From: Candidatus Bathyarchaeia archaeon
GTDB taxonomy: Archaea > Thermoproteota > Bathyarchaeia > Bathyarchaeales > Bathycorpusculaceae
Reading direction: 5' to 3'
Length of the DNA: 64,000 bases
Assembly: GCA_050010515.1 (NCBI GenBank)
Contig: JBEKKX010000007.1
Location: forward strand, 1 to 64,000
Shown: piece by piece, positions 28,230 to 39,494 of the stretch
Numbering within the stretch: the first letter of the stretch is position 1
How the letters are laid out: each line of letters starts with the position of its first letter
Program-made: the position numbers and the translations under genes
The notes under the pieces: model-generated
The model's input: the letters and a program-made list of their open reading frames with translations, nothing else
Database searches by the model: none
Told to the model about the DNA's origin: nothing

Positions 28230-28868
28230 ATGAGCTTTAACACTCAACAAGCTCAGGATGTTAACTTGCTAACTAAACTGAAGAAAAAAGTTCAGCAAAT
28301 GCTAACTTCACAAGCAATAGCCGCACATAAAATAGGCTTAACTCCAAACAAAGTAAGCCTCATCGGATTCATACTAGCTGTCGCATCAGCCGGCGCATAT
28401 GCAATGGCTCCAAGGTACCAGTGGCTTCTTCTTTTGGCAACAGTTTTGCTTTTAGCGTCAGGATTCTGCGACACACTTGACGGCATCATCGCCAGAACTT
28501 TTCAGCAGGTAACAGTGTTCGGAGGCTTCTTCGATTCCGTTCTTGACAGGTATGCAGATGCAATAGTATACGCCGCCATAATAATCGCTGGATTATGCAA
28601 TCAAGTTTGGGGCTTAGCGGCTTTGGCTGGTTCAATACTGGTAAGTTATAGTAGAGCAAGAGCGGAAGCAGCAGGCATAAAAATGGAGTCAGTTGGTTTC
28701 GCTGAAAGAGCTGAACGCATGCTTATTCTAGCCGCTGTCAGCATAATCGCGTTTTTCTGGCTACCAGCCTTGGGTTATGGTATAGCCTTGTTAGCGGTGC
28801 TTTCAAACTTTACCGTTATACAAAGAGCATTTCACGTTTACAAGGAATTAAAGAAAAAAACAGTATAA
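28230..28868 (+). CDS. CDP-alcohol phosphatidyltransferase (archaetidylinositol-phosphate synthase-like)
   Basis: TPN and DTLDGIIAR...GGFFDSVLDRYAD. The start may be TTG at 28266. Confidence 0.9.
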   Translation: MSFNTQQAQDVNLLTKLKKKVQQMLTSQAIAAHKIGLTPNKVSLIGFILAVASAGAYAMAPRYQWLLLLATVLLLASGFCDTLDGIIARTFQQVTVFGGFFDSVLDRYADAIVYAAIIIAGLCNQVWGLAALAGSILVSYSRARAEAAGIKMESVGFAERAERMLILAAVSIIAFFWLPALGYGIALLAVLSNFTVIQRAFHVYKELKKKTV

Positions 28869-28873
28869 GCTAC

Positions 28874-29164
28874 TTAGTATCTTCTTTTGGCCCGTGAGTG
28901 ACGCTCACTTTCGGCTCTAACATTAACGATTCCACGGTGAACGGCACAGGATATGCAGTAGTATTTCGTGTCCACCCACGAAGCTAGAAACGTGCCTTTC
29001 TGCCTAAGCTCCTTAGCTAACTGAGGCTCAACAAACGACACACGACGAGTATTTCTCTTTGCCTTATCACGCGGCACCATGGCTCCACAATTAGCGCATT
29101 GAACAAGGCTGCTGCTTCCTTTGTTTCCTTTCGATCTTCCTCGGCTCTTTCGCTTAGATGGCAA
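28874..29164 (-). CDS. rps26e: 30S ribosomal protein S26e
   Basis: MPSKRKSRGR, CANCG..VPRDKA, YCISCAVH. Confidence 0.95.
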   Translation of the reverse strand: MPSKRKSRGRSKGNKGSSSLVQCANCGAMVPRDKAKRNTRRVSFVEPQLAKELRQKGTFLASWVDTKYYCISCAVHRGIVNVRAESERHSRAKRRY

Positions 29165-29214
29165 TTATTTTTAACCTCTTTCTCTCTTATTTTCCAAATA
29201 TGCATTAACCTATC

Positions 29215-30102
29215 TTATATATATGCTCTTAACTTTAAGATAGAAGCAATGTTAGCTTTTTTATTTATTTGAGGGATAATTTTTCCATCAGGCGATGTCA
29301 TTAAGGTTGTAACTCCCGGTCCGTGTCCTGCTGTAACACAGTTTGTGTGGATTACTACGCCTACTGAAACAGCGCCTTGGCGGTAAATTCTACCAAACGA
29401 GTGGTCCGCGTCAATAATAGCTACTAAATCGCCAATCCTTAAACTTTCAAGCCCATATTGCTCAACGACTCCCTCATCGAACAATTGAATATCATAATCA
29501 CCCGAGTTAACCTGGTTAGCTCCTAAACCTGAACCCATTATGGCTGCTGGCACAATATGCGTAACAGGCACCTCAAGTTTGTCACCCTTCGGTTCGATAC
29601 TCCAAGCATCAAGCAACGCTGGATCCATATTCAAGACTTTAATTTCTTGGAAATCAACCAGTTTTAAACCCACACCGAAAGCTTTCACCAGAATCCTATC
29701 TCCAAGCACAAGCTTCTCCAATACCTCAGAGGGAAAATCAAGCAGCACATGCTCGATTCCACCGTGTTTGCCTGTGACAGTTCCCTCAGCGCCCTTAGCG
29801 TCACCGTTAACTACGGTAGCTTTGTTTCCAACGCATGATAGCACATTGAGCGCGGTATTAGCAGCTTGACCTGAGCGGGCATCGTTTTCCTTGTTTTCAA
29901 CGCTAACGCCCGGCTCCACATGGTCAGCTTCCCAACCGCATGCTGGATCGCCGACTCTTAGATTATACGTTATGCCGCCTACTCCAGGCAAAACCAAGGG
30001 TTTCCCTGTTGCTGAGACATTGTAAACTGATCTGATTATTGGGCTGGCTATTTCACCCATGACTGATATTTTTATGAGTTTTTCAGCGTTTGTTCTAAAC
30101 AT
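29215..30102 (-). CDS. DUF4438-family protein
   Basis: GGITYN, ADHVEPGVS, GKHGGIEH, GHGPG. Confidence 0.8.
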   Translation of the reverse strand: MFRTNAEKLIKISVMGEIASPIIRSVYNVSATGKPLVLPGVGGITYNLRVGDPACGWEADHVEPGVSVENKENDARSGQAANTALNVLSCVGNKATVVNGDAKGAEGTVTGKHGGIEHVLLDFPSEVLEKLVLGDRILVKAFGVGLKLVDFQEIKVLNMDPALLDAWSIEPKGDKLEVPVTHIVPAAIMGSGLGANQVNSGDYDIQLFDEGVVEQYGLESLRIGDLVAIIDADHSFGRIYRQGAVSVGVVIHTNCVTAGHGPGVTTLMTSPDGKIIPQINKKANIASILKLRAYI

Positions 30103-30249
30103 AAGTATTACTCATCAGGCATTTGTCCTATCTCAAAGGAGTCTAATAAAACTTTACAGAAACACTCCTTTCCGTTTAAGCAAATCTTAAATTATGCGGC
30201 TCTTTATTGTTGCAGTAAGCTAACCTCATTTAAAATTGTCAGAGGGAAA

Positions 30250-30834
30250 TTGGCGATGTCTGAAATCGGATTAAGAACAAAAATGCTAGTAAAAGACGTA
30301 ATGAGCAGCCCAGTTGTAACCCTGGATGAAAATGAAGCTTCAAACAAAGTTGCATTTTTCATGGACAAGAACGATTTAGGCTGCGTAATAGTTACAAATA
30401 GCGTTGGAAATTCAATCGGCATCATTACCGAGCGAGACTTAGTGATTCGGGTTTTAGCAAAAAACCTCAAACCTGATACAGTTAAAGCCAAAGAAATCAT
30501 GACAACCCCTCTGGTAACAATTGAACCTGATGCGGCAATAACTGAAGCGGCGCGCCGAATGAACAGGCTAGATATCAGACGACTCGGCGTTATTTACAAA
30601 GGCAACCTTGTCGGAATAATCTCAAGCAAAGACATCCTTGGCGTAATGCCTGAACTGATAGAAATAATCCAAGAAAGATCACGCATTGAAGATGCAAACC
30701 GAACTGAAGAAACCGAAGAGGCACCTGTGTCAGGATACTGCGACCGCTGCAACACCTATTCTGAAAGCCTTAAGGAAAGAAACGGACAAAACATCTGCGA
30801 CGAATGTCGAATAGAACTAGAGCAAGAAAAATAA
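30250..30834 (+). CDS. CBS-pair protein with C-terminal Zn ribbon
   Basis: GIITERD, GIISSKD, GYCDRC...CDEC. Confidence 0.9.
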   Translation: MAMSEIGLRTKMLVKDVMSSPVVTLDENEASNKVAFFMDKNDLGCVIVTNSVGNSIGIITERDLVIRVLAKNLKPDTVKAKEIMTTPLVTIEPDAAITEAARRMNRLDIRRLGVIYKGNLVGIISSKDILGVMPELIEIIQERSRIEDANRTEETEEAPVSGYCDRCNTYSESLKERNGQNICDECRIELEQEK

Positions 30835-31108
30835 TATTTTCTTTTTAAGCTTGTTCTTTCCATAAATCGATGAACACGAAATTTTAGCTTTATTCAATAC
30901 GTTTTAAATAGCTTTGAGTTGTTCCCCTAAGCAAACTTCTTTGATCATATTTGAAATTGGTTCTCAGGCAGGTGAGAACTTCTCCAACAGAACCTATCTG
31001 GGCGATAAAATCGCTTCTTAAACACCAACCTAAACTGTCATTGCGTGGCACTAAAAATAAACTTTAATTAGCAAACCACTCGCTATTCACTGTAGACCGT
31101 GAACTGAT

Positions 31109-32458
31109 TTGATTGTTGATTCTGTCCTAACAAACGCCAAAGCCTACCTCAACGACCAAATTGTCGATTGCAGCATAGCCATTGAAGAAGGCAAAATCTT
31201 CAAAATTGGCAAAGAAACTCAAATGCCAACCGCTGACCAAAAAACTAATCTAAAAAATCTTCTAGTCCTGCCAGGCTTGATAGATGAGCATGTTCACCTG
31301 CGGGACGAGGGAAAAGCGTACAAAGAAGACTTCCAAACAGGAACAGCCGCCGCAGCCGCTGGGGGCTTCACCACAGTCTTAGACATGCCTAACAACGAAC
31401 CAGTAACAATGAGCCTGGAAACTTTAAGGAACCGCATGGCAATCGCCGAAAGAAAAGTTCTCGTTAACGTAGGATTCTATTCTGAATTTCCAAAAAAATT
31501 GGCCGAAGCAAAAGGCATCATTTCCGAAGGGGCAGTAGGCTTCAAGCTTTTCATGGGTTGCCAAATCGGCGGATTAAACATAGATGACGACCAAGCCTTA
31601 CATGACGCATTCAAAGAAGTCGCCGAGGTGAACGTGCCACTGGCGGTGCATGCTGAAGACAAAGCATTGCTTACAAAAAACGAAGGGAACCTTAAGCAAG
31701 CCAAAAAAAGCAACACTGCCGCTTTTCAAGAGGCACATTCAGAAACAGTTGAACTAAAAGCCATCGAACGCCTACTAAAAATAAGTGCGCAAACTGATGT
31801 GCGGTTGCATTTTTGTCATGTTTCAACTGAAGAGGGCTTAAACGCCATTGTTGAAGCAAAAAAATCTGGAAGAAAAGTAACATGTGAAGTTACCCCTAAC
31901 CACCTATTATTATCAACTGCTGATTTGGAACATTACGGGCAATTGCTGATTATGACGCCCCCGCTTCGCAGCAAAAATCATGTTGAAGCGTTATGGAAAG
32001 GTTTGGAAGCAGGTTGGATTGATGCTTTAGGTTCAGACCATGCGCCGCATGCTTTAAGCGAGAAGTCCGCAAGCAGCGTTTGGAATGTTAAAGTTGGCGT
32101 GCCCGGTCTAGAAACCACATTGCCCCTTATTTTGATGCTTGTAAAGAAGAATCGGTTGTCCTTAGCTCAAGCGGTTCAGCTTCTAGCGGAGAAACCAGCA
32201 GAGATTTACCGTTTGAATGACCGTGGTCACTTGGAGCAGGGAAAGAATGCAGATTTAACTGTAGTAGATTTTAACCGCAAATTCAAAATTGATGCTTCAA
32301 AATTCAAGTCCAAAGCGAAATATTCCCCGTATGACGGGTGGGAAGTTCAAGGTAAGCCAGTAAAGACCTTTGTTAACGGATTGTTAGTTTTCGATGAGGA
32401 GGGGGAAATAGTTGCTAAAGCGGGTAGCGGCTCAATTGTTCGGAGAGGCAACGTGTGA
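31109..32458 (+). CDS. pyrC: dihydroorotase
   Basis: PGLIDEHVHLR, DMPN, HAED, SDHAPH. Confidence 0.88.
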   Translation: MIVDSVLTNAKAYLNDQIVDCSIAIEEGKIFKIGKETQMPTADQKTNLKNLLVLPGLIDEHVHLRDEGKAYKEDFQTGTAAAAAGGFTTVLDMPNNEPVTMSLETLRNRMAIAERKVLVNVGFYSEFPKKLAEAKGIISEGAVGFKLFMGCQIGGLNIDDDQALHDAFKEVAEVNVPLAVHAEDKALLTKNEGNLKQAKKSNTAAFQEAHSETVELKAIERLLKISAQTDVRLHFCHVSTEEGLNAIVEAKKSGRKVTCEVTPNHLLLSTADLEHYGQLLIMTPPLRSKNHVEALWKGLEAGWIDALGSDHAPHALSEKSASSVWNVKVGVPGLETTLPLILMLVKKNRLSLAQAVQLLAEKPAEIYRLNDRGHLEQGKNADLTVVDFNRKFKIDASKFKSKAKYSPYDGWEVQGKPVKTFVNGLLVFDEEGEIVAKAGSGSIVRRGNV

Positions 32459-32943
32459 AGTTCATAGTGGATGCTATGCTGGGAAAACTGGCACGTTGGC
32501 TACGTATGTTGGGCCACGACGTCATATACTCCACTCAGCTGAGTGATTCTGGGCTTCTTGAACTGGCAAAAAAGGAAAACCGCGTTTTATTAACTAAAGA
32601 TTTAGAGCTTTACCAACGTGCCATCGCCAAAGGCATAGATGCCCTCTACCTTGAAGGCAAATCGGAATCCGAACGGCTGGCAGAAGTTGCCAAGCGATAC
32701 AGCTTAACATTGGAGATAGATATGGAAAAGTCCCATTGTCCAGTATGCAACACAAAACTTAAGGCTACGCCAAAAGAGCAACTTTCAGGTGAACTAGAGA
32801 AAAACACGTTCACTTATTACGATAAGTTTTGGAAATGCCCAAATTGCGGGCAAGTCTACTGGCAAGGAGCACACTGGAAACAAATCAGCAATACCCTTAA
32901 AGAAGCGCAAGCAAAACTGGAAAAATTAAAAGAAAAAAATTGA
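32455..32943 (+). CDS. Mut7-C RNase (PIN-like) domain protein
   Basis: DAMLGKLARWLRMLG, CPVCN, CPNCGQVYWQGAH. Confidence 0.92.
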   Translation: MKFIVDAMLGKLARWLRMLGHDVIYSTQLSDSGLLELAKKENRVLLTKDLELYQRAIAKGIDALYLEGKSESERLAEVAKRYSLTLEIDMEKSHCPVCNTKLKATPKEQLSGELEKNTFTYYDKFWKCPNCGQVYWQGAHWKQISNTLKEAQAKLEKLKEKN

Positions 32944-32952
32944 AGCTTAAGT

Positions 32953-33195
32953 TTAAGTTAGCCATTTTAATGGAATATCTTGATAAGTTCCGTCTGGCAA
33001 TGTCCTTCTGATAGTTATCGGTAGTATTCTAGCCTCAAGTTCTTTTAGAGCGATGTCAATCGGGTTTGTATTTTCACTTGCATCCACCAAAATCGGTGCT
33101 CCCATCGAGATTTGAAGCGCTCTAGCTCCAACTATTCTTGCTTTCTCAAAGCGAGTAAGTTTTGGTGGTCCAACAGTTATTTTTTGTTCTGACGT
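32953..33195 (-). CDS. rpoK: RNA polymerase subunit K (Rpo6), ACG start (absent from ORF track)
   Basis: Hand translation [33 protein letters not shown]...[13 protein letters not shown]. There is no ATG/GTG/TTG before the conserved core. Confidence 0.92.
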   Translation of the reverse strand, partial: TSEQKITVGPPKLTRFEKARIVGARALQISMGAPILVDASENTNPIDIALKELEARILPITIRRTLPDGTYQDIPLKWLT

Positions 33196-33198
33196 ATT

Positions 33199-34881
33199 TT
33201 AATACTCTCCAGCGCCTGGATATCCGCCCATACCGCCCATACCGCCCATGCCACCCATGCCGCCTCTTGGTGGAGTTGGTGGTCCCTTCATTTTGCCAGA
33301 GGCAATAACATCGTCAATTTTGAGTATCATGGATGCTGCTTCGGTTGCTGATTTGATTATTTGTTTTTTGACTGAGAGCGGTTCAAAAATGTTTACTTTT
33401 GACATATCCTGGATTTTTCCTTCTAGGACTTCTATGCCAGCCCAGGTTTCTCCTTTTTCGTGCCTAGCTCGTAATTCTGAAAGTATGTCGATTGGGTCTA
33501 AGCCAGCGTTTTCAGCAAGCGTTACAGCTATCGATTCGAGGGCTTCTGCGAATACTCTGACTGCAAGTTGCTCTCTTCCAGGCATGGTTTCAGCATATTT
33601 TCTGAGTGCACTTGCCATTTCAAGTTCTGGAGCACTTCCTCCAGCCACGATTTTTGGCTCTTGGATTAGGTCTCTGATAACGCAGAGTGCATCGTGGATC
33701 GAGCGTTCTGCCTCTGCAGCCATACGTTGAGTTCCAGCCCTAATCAAGATGGTGACTGCTTTGGGGTTCTTGCAGCCTTCAATGAAAGTCATCTTGTCGT
33801 CGCCAATTCTGCGCTCTTCCACTAAAGCAGCATACCCGAGGTCTGATGGAGAAATGTCATCCAAGCTAGATACTATTTTTCCGCCCGCGGCTTTTGCAAG
33901 TTTTTCCATATCGGATTTTTTGGCTCTTCTAATGGCGATTATTCCTTTTCTGGCAAGGAAATGCTGAGCCATGTCATCTATGCCTTTTTGGCAGACGACT
34001 ACGTTTGCGCCTGAAGCTAAAATTTTGTTAGTCATGTCTTTTAGCATAGTTTCTTCTTGCTTGAGGAACGCTTCAATCTGGTCAGGGCTTTCAATGTTTA
34101 TTTTAGCGTCTAACTCGGGTTTTTCAATCTCTAACGAAGTATCGATTAATGCAATTTTTGCGTTCTCTACTCGCTTGGGCATTCCTGAGTGGACAATTTC
34201 TTTGTCTAAAACTATGCCGTTTATTAGGGTGGTGTCTATGAGGGATTCGCCTGTTTTCTTTTCAACTTTTACGTCGTCAACATCTGCCTTGTAGACTCCG
34301 TCGTGTTTTTCGGCGACTGCCAGCATTGCCTTAACAGCTAAATCCGCTAAGTAATCTTTGTATTCAGCAACGATTTTGCTTCCCATCGATGTTGTTGCAG
34401 CCTTCTTCAGGTAGTCCTGAGATTTCAGGTCTACGGGTATAGCTATTTTTTCAAGGGTTTCTAGCGCTTTTTCAGCTGCCATCCTATAACCATCAATTAT
34501 GATTGTTGGGTGAATATTTTTGTCAATTAATTCTTCTGCTCTGTTGAGAAGTTCGCCTGCAATTATAACTGCAGACGTTGTTCCATCGCCAGCTTCGTTG
34601 TCTTGTGTCTTTGCAACTTCCACCATCATTTTGGCTGCTGGATGCTGAATATCCATCTCATCTAAGATGGTTCGGCCATCGCTTGTTATTGTGGTGTCTC
34701 CGAAGCTGTCAACTAACATTTTATCCATGCCTTTTGGGCCTAAAGAGCTTCGGATACTTTCAGCTACAACTTTAACGGCAGTTATGTTTCCGTGTTGTGC
34801 TTCTCTTCCACGGGACCTGTTTGAACCTTCTTTCAAAACGAGAACAGGTATTCCTCCCGCTTGTGTTGGAAATGATGACAA
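33199..34881 (-). CDS. ths: thermosome (group II chaperonin) subunit
   Basis: [16 protein letters not shown] and a GGM tail. Confidence 0.96.
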   Translation of the reverse strand: MSSFPTQAGGIPVLVLKEGSNRSRGREAQHGNITAVKVVAESIRSSLGPKGMDKMLVDSFGDTTITSDGRTILDEMDIQHPAAKMMVEVAKTQDNEAGDGTTSAVIIAGELLNRAEELIDKNIHPTIIIDGYRMAAEKALETLEKIAIPVDLKSQDYLKKAATTSMGSKIVAEYKDYLADLAVKAMLAVAEKHDGVYKADVDDVKVEKKTGESLIDTTLINGIVLDKEIVHSGMPKRVENAKIALIDTSLEIEKPELDAKINIESPDQIEAFLKQEETMLKDMTNKILASGANVVVCQKGIDDMAQHFLARKGIIAIRRAKKSDMEKLAKAAGGKIVSSLDDISPSDLGYAALVEERRIGDDKMTFIEGCKNPKAVTILIRAGTQRMAAEAERSIHDALCVIRDLIQEPKIVAGGSAPELEMASALRKYAETMPGREQLAVRVFAEALESIAVTLAENAGLDPIDILSELRARHEKGETWAGIEVLEGKIQDMSKVNIFEPLSVKKQIIKSATEAASMILKIDDVIASGKMKGPPTPPRGGMGGMGGMGGMGGYPGAGEY

Positions 34882-35033
34882 ATCAAGTAATCTCCTTTAA
34901 TGCGAACAACAACAAAATGTTACTAGCCATATAAGTTTTTCTAGTCAGTGCATAATTAATACTGCTTAGGCTAGCGTTTTTTGCATCATTTATTCTGTTT
35001 TTATAGTTTTCTTTGTTTCATTTTTGCCTGAGG

Positions 35034-35537
35034 TTAGTAGACTGAAACTTTGGCTATTCCGGGTATTTTCAGTATTTCAGGGATTAGTTCTCCTGGGATT
35101 TTTTTCTCAACTATCAAAGTGAGTTTTGGTTCCGGTGAGAGTTCTGGGTCATCTACGATAGCTTGCCTGATGCTTAATCCTGCCCTGTTGAGAATCATGG
35201 CTGCGTTGGATAAGATTCCTGGCGATTTTGCGTTTACAGGGGTTATTTCTAAGACTCCGAGGTTGATGTGTTTGGCGATTTCTTTTAGTGAATGCCCTGC
35301 TGGACGTATTTCTTCAAAAATCAATTTGAGTTCTGGGCTGGCTTTGATTGTGTTTAATGTTTCGTTTACTGTTCGTCGGTCTACTCCGGCGGCTCTTGCT
35401 ATGCGTACTGGTGGGATTTCGATTTGGTTTAGGTGTATTTTGTTGTCTTGGATGCTTAATCCGTTTTCTATTAAGACGCGTGCTACTTTGAGTCGTTCAG
35501 GGTATTGTTGCAGTTGAGTTTTTATGTTGTTCCACAT
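35034..35537 (-). CDS. TrpY-like HTH-ACT amino-acid regulator (COG2150)
   Basis: IARAAGVDRRTV HTH, ACT-like PGILS...SIRQAIVDDP; divergent from trpB2. Confidence 0.8.
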   Translation of the reverse strand: MWNNIKTQLQQYPERLKVARVLIENGLSIQDNKIHLNQIEIPPVRIARAAGVDRRTVNETLNTIKASPELKLIFEEIRPAGHSLKEIAKHINLGVLEITPVNAKSPGILSNAAMILNRAGLSIRQAIVDDPELSPEPKLTLIVEKKIPGELIPEILKIPGIAKVSVY

Positions 35538-35606
35538 TTTCTTTCGCTTTTGTATGTTTTTGTTCGTCTAAGTATAAATGTGTTGTTTAATGGTCACGGT
35601 GTTTGA

Positions 35607-35652
35607 TGGACAAATCTGTACACAAAAGCCTTAAATAAAACTTAAACGTACA
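35607..35652. promoter_or_regulatory. TRP-box-like operators around trpB2 TATA
   Basis: TGGACA-N4-TGTACA (35607-35622) and CGTACA (35647) flank CTTAAATA. Confidence 0.55.
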
Positions 35653-35685
35653 TTTCATAGCTTTAAAGATAAAAAGGCGAAAGAA

Positions 35686-37098
35686 ATGCCAAATAGAAAA
35701 ATCTTACTTAAAGAAGATGATATACCAAAGCAGTGGTATAACATAGTTCCCGACTTGCCTAGGCCGCTCCCACCATTCATTGATGCAGCAACAAAACAGC
35801 CAGGAGTCGGAATTGTCCCACGAATATTCCCAAAAGCAATTATCGGTCAAGAAATAAGCCAAGAACGATGGATAGACATACCTGAAGAAGTCCGAGAAGT
35901 CTACAGAATGTGGAGACCATCACCACTTTTCAGAGCTATCGGTCTAGAAAAAGCACTAAAAACGCCAGCAAAAATCTACTACAAATACGAAGGTGTGAGC
36001 CCTGCTGGAAGCCACAAACCAAACACTGCCGTACCCCAAGCATACTACAACATGAAAGAAGGCACAAAACGCCTATCAACAGAAACAGGCGCAGGCCAAT
36101 GGGGATCAGCCTTAGCATTTGCAGCCATGATATTCGGGCTCAAAGCTACAGTTTACATGGTTCGTGCAAGTTATGACCAGAAACCCTACCGAAAGATGAT
36201 GATGAACGCATTCGGCGCAGAATGTTTTGCTAGCCCAAGTAGCAGAACAGAGGCGGGAAGAAAAATCCTCGCTGAAGACCCAGACAACAAGGGCAGCCTC
36301 GGCATAGCTATCAGCGAAGCCGTCGAAGACGCTCTCGTCAACGAGGAAGAAACCAACTATGCCATAGGCAGCGTCTTCAACCACGTATGCTTACACCAGA
36401 CAGTTGAAGGATTAGAAGCAAAAAAACAACTTGAAATGGTTGACGATTATCCTGATGTGGTTTACGGTTGTATAGGCGGAGGCAGCAGCTACTCCGGACT
36501 TATGTGGCCCTTCTACCACGACAAGGTCGCCAAGAAAGCACCTAAAGAAACCAAATTCGTCGCCACCGAAGCCACCGCATGCCCCAAAGTCACCAAGGGA
36601 TGGTACCAGTATGACCACGGCGACACCGCAAAACTAACACCGCTGGTTCCCATGCACACTATAGGTCACGACTTCATTCCAGCGCCCATACATGCAGGCG
36701 GGCTCCGCTACCACGGCATCGCCCCAACCATAAGCGTGCTTGTTCAAGAAAAGCAAATGACAACAGAAGCATTCAACCAGCTAGAAGTCTTTGATGCAGC
36801 TAAACTTTTCATTCAAACAGAAGGCATCATCCCAGCGCCCGAGCCATCACACGCAATCAAAGGCGCCATTGACGAAGCTCTACGATGTAAAAAGACAGGT
36901 GAAGCAAAAACCATCCTGTTCGTGCTCTGTGGACACGGCTACTTTGACATGGCGGCGTACGACGAATACTTCAGCGGCAAACTGCAACCATACGAGTACC
37001 CGACTGAGAAAGTCGAGGAATCAATGAAGAAACTGCACAAGCTGTACCCGTGGCTAGACGAGGTTAACAAGAAATACATAAGCTGCGAACCACTCTAA
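35686..37098 (+). CDS. trpB: TrpB2 (tryptophan synthase beta-like PLP enzyme)
   Basis: [34 protein letters not shown]. Confidence 0.93.
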   Translation: MPNRKILLKEDDIPKQWYNIVPDLPRPLPPFIDAATKQPGVGIVPRIFPKAIIGQEISQERWIDIPEEVREVYRMWRPSPLFRAIGLEKALKTPAKIYYKYEGVSPAGSHKPNTAVPQAYYNMKEGTKRLSTETGAGQWGSALAFAAMIFGLKATVYMVRASYDQKPYRKMMMNAFGAECFASPSSRTEAGRKILAEDPDNKGSLGIAISEAVEDALVNEEETNYAIGSVFNHVCLHQTVEGLEAKKQLEMVDDYPDVVYGCIGGGSSYSGLMWPFYHDKVAKKAPKETKFVATEATACPKVTKGWYQYDHGDTAKLTPLVPMHTIGHDFIPAPIHAGGLRYHGIAPTISVLVQEKQMTTEAFNQLEVFDAAKLFIQTEGIIPAPEPSHAIKGAIDEALRCKKTGEAKTILFVLCGHGYFDMAAYDEYFSGKLQPYEYPTEKVEESMKKLHKLYPWLDEVNKKYISCEPL

Positions 37099-37178
37099 AT
37101 CACATTCCCTCGTTTTCCCTTATTCTTTTATTCTTCTTTTTATCTTAGCTAGCTTAATACTAACTTAGGTTATTCTTA

Positions 37179-38315
37179 TTGAACGCTCCTGAAAAAACTC
37201 TGCCAACAAAAACAATTGGATTCATCGTAAACCCTATTGCTGGAATGGGCGGAGCCGTCGGATTAAAAGGAACAGACGGCAAAACTATCCTAAACAAAGC
37301 TATATCTTTGGGCGCTAAACCCATAGCGTCACAAAGAGCGGAAACGTTCCTCTCAGAACTGTATCCAGCAAACAAAAGCCTACGCCTAATTGTTGGCGCT
37401 GGCAACATGGGTGAAGCTGAAGCTAAAAAATGTGGGTTCAAATTTGAGGTTAGGGGCGAAAGCAAAAGCGAGACCACTTCGCAAGATACGCAAAATATCG
37501 CTAAAGAAATGGCGAAGGCTGGTGTTGATTTGCTTGTTTTCTGTGGCGGCGACGGAACAACCCGCGACATACTAAACGCCGTTGGCTTGAAGGTTCCTGT
37601 GCTTGGGGTTCCAACAGGTGTCAAAATGCATAGCGCTATTTTTGCCGTAACTCCTCAAGCAGCCGCAAGAGTAGCCGTCCAGTACCTGTGGGGTGGATTG
37701 CCGCTGCGAGAAGCGGAAGTTATGGATGTGGATGAGCAAGCCTTCAGGGAAGGTCGCCTTTCTGCCGAACTTTACGGATACATGCTCAGCCCATTTGAAC
37801 CTCACTTGATTCAGGGGAACAAACTTGAAAGCCCAATGACTGAGAATGAAGTGCGCAATCAAGCGGCAATAGCAATTTACTTCATTGAAGAAATGAAACC
37901 AGACATCATTTACATTATAGGTCCAGGAACAACCACTCGCACAATCGGTGATCTTTTAGACCAGAAAAAAACGTTGTTAGGAGTAGACCTCTTTCAAGGC
38001 AAGAGAATAATTGCAAGCGACGCAAACGAAAAACAAATATTGGAAGCCACAAAAGGACAAGCTGCTAGGATAATTGTGACGCCGATTGGGGGGCAAGGCT
38101 TCATTTTTGGCAGAGGAAACCAGCAGATAAGCTCCAAAGTAATCCGTCAAGTAGGCTTAGACAACATTGTTGTGGTTGCGACTAAAAGCAAATTAGACAG
38201 GTTGAAAAGTTTAAGGGTTGATACTGGCGACCTAGAGCTGGATAAAGATCTTAGAGCACATGAAATCAACGTCGTAATCGACTACAAAAGCATACAAAAA
38301 ATGGCTGTTGAATAA
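37179..38315 (+). CDS. ATP-NAD kinase family protein (COG3199)
   Basis: NPIAGMGG, GGDGT, GVKMHS, GRGNQQ. Confidence 0.88.
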   Translation: MNAPEKTLPTKTIGFIVNPIAGMGGAVGLKGTDGKTILNKAISLGAKPIASQRAETFLSELYPANKSLRLIVGAGNMGEAEAKKCGFKFEVRGESKSETTSQDTQNIAKEMAKAGVDLLVFCGGDGTTRDILNAVGLKVPVLGVPTGVKMHSAIFAVTPQAAARVAVQYLWGGLPLREAEVMDVDEQAFREGRLSAELYGYMLSPFEPHLIQGNKLESPMTENEVRNQAAIAIYFIEEMKPDIIYIIGPGTTTRTIGDLLDQKKTLLGVDLFQGKRIIASDANEKQILEATKGQAARIIVTPIGGQGFIFGRGNQQISSKVIRQVGLDNIVVVATKSKLDRLKSLRVDTGDLELDKDLRAHEINVVIDYKSIQKMAVE

Positions 38316-38390
38316 TCGTATTACTATTAATAGTCGGAAAAAATGAAATAGTAGCACGTGACCAGTATCCTAACAAAATGAGGCTAAAAA

Positions 38391-39494
38391 ATGATACCGA
38401 TCAACATGCCGAAAATCGGCGAAGAAGAAGTTCAAGCGGTAGTTAAAGTTCTGCGAAGCGGAATGTTAACAAGCGGGCTTGGAGCTGGCCCAATGGTAAC
38501 AGGGTTCGAGAAAAATTTTGCCCAATTCGCTGGCGTGAAGCATGCTGTAGCGGTTAACACTGGTACTGCCGCCTTGCACTCTGCCATTGTAGCCGTTGGT
38601 ATAAAGCAAGGTGATGAAGTTATTTTGCCCAGCTTCACCTTCGTAGCCACTGCTGAAGCTGTCGTGTTAGCTGGCGGAAAACCAGTTTTCACTGATATTG
38701 ATGCTGAAACTTACAATCTCTCGCCCAGTGCGGCTGAAAAGTCAATAACAAAAAAGACTAAGGCTATACTGCCCGTGGACTTGTACGGTTTTTCAGCTGA
38801 CATGAAAACTATAAGGGAAATCGCCGAGAAGCATGAGTTAGCATTGATTGAGGATGCTGCCCAAGCGCATGGAGCAACATACGCTGGAAAACCTGCGGGA
38901 AGCTTTGCTGATGCCGCCTGCTGGAGCTTATACGCAAGCAAAAACATAACCGCAGGCGAAGGCGGAGTGATCACAACAAACAACGACCAAATAGCTGAAA
39001 CATTGCGGATGATTAGGACTCATGGAGAAAAAGCAAAGTACGCATCACTTATTCTTGGAAACAACTATCGCATGTCCGAAATACAAGCTGCAATAGGTAA
39101 CGTGCAACTGGAAAAGCTGCCGTCTTTTTTGGCTAAACGCCGCCAAAACGCGCAACAACTAACAAAAATCTTGGAAAAAAATAGCAGGCTTATTTTACCC
39201 TGTGAGTCAAAAGATCGACAGCACAGCTGGTACCTATACACCGCGAGACTGAAGGACGGCACAGAATCAGAACGGAACAAGATTGTGGATGAACTAAAGA
39301 AAAAAGGGGTTGGCGCCGAAGTTTATTACGTTAACCCTGTTCATCAGATGCCGTTTTACCGCGAAAACTTTGGAAGCGCTAAATTGCCTGAAACGGATAA
39401 AGCGTCGAAACAGGTTTTCTCTTTGCCAATTCATCCAGGAGTCACAGCTGAACAAGTTGATTATATAGGAAAAACTCTTCTAAGCCTCTTATAA
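38391..39494 (+). CDS. DegT/DnrJ/EryC1/StrS aminotransferase
   Basis: GTAALH, EDAAQAHGA, SLYASKNITAGEGG. Confidence 0.93.
   Translation: MIPINMPKIGEEEVQAVVKVLRSGMLTSGLGAGPMVTGFEKNFAQFAGVKHAVAVNTGTAALHSAIVAVGIKQGDEVILPSFTFVATAEAVVLAGGKPVFTDIDAETYNLSPSAAEKSITKKTKAILPVDLYGFSADMKTIREIAEKHELALIEDAAQAHGATYAGKPAGSFADAACWSLYASKNITAGEGGVITTNNDQIAETLRMIRTHGEKAKYASLILGNNYRMSEIQAAIGNVQLEKLPSFLAKRRQNAQQLTKILEKNSRLILPCESKDRQHSWYLYTARLKDGTESERNKIVDELKKKGVGAEVYYVNPVHQMPFYRENFGSAKLPETDKASKQVFSLPIHPGVTAEQVDYIGKTLLSLL

Noticed and set aside
33220-33270. 9-bp tandem repeat
   Set aside because: It encodes the ordinary GGM tail of the chaperonin.
35595-35612. CACGGTG-TTTGAT half match to the element palindrome
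   Set aside because: The second arm is missing; a single 7-mer can occur by chance, and it overlaps the TRP-box region.
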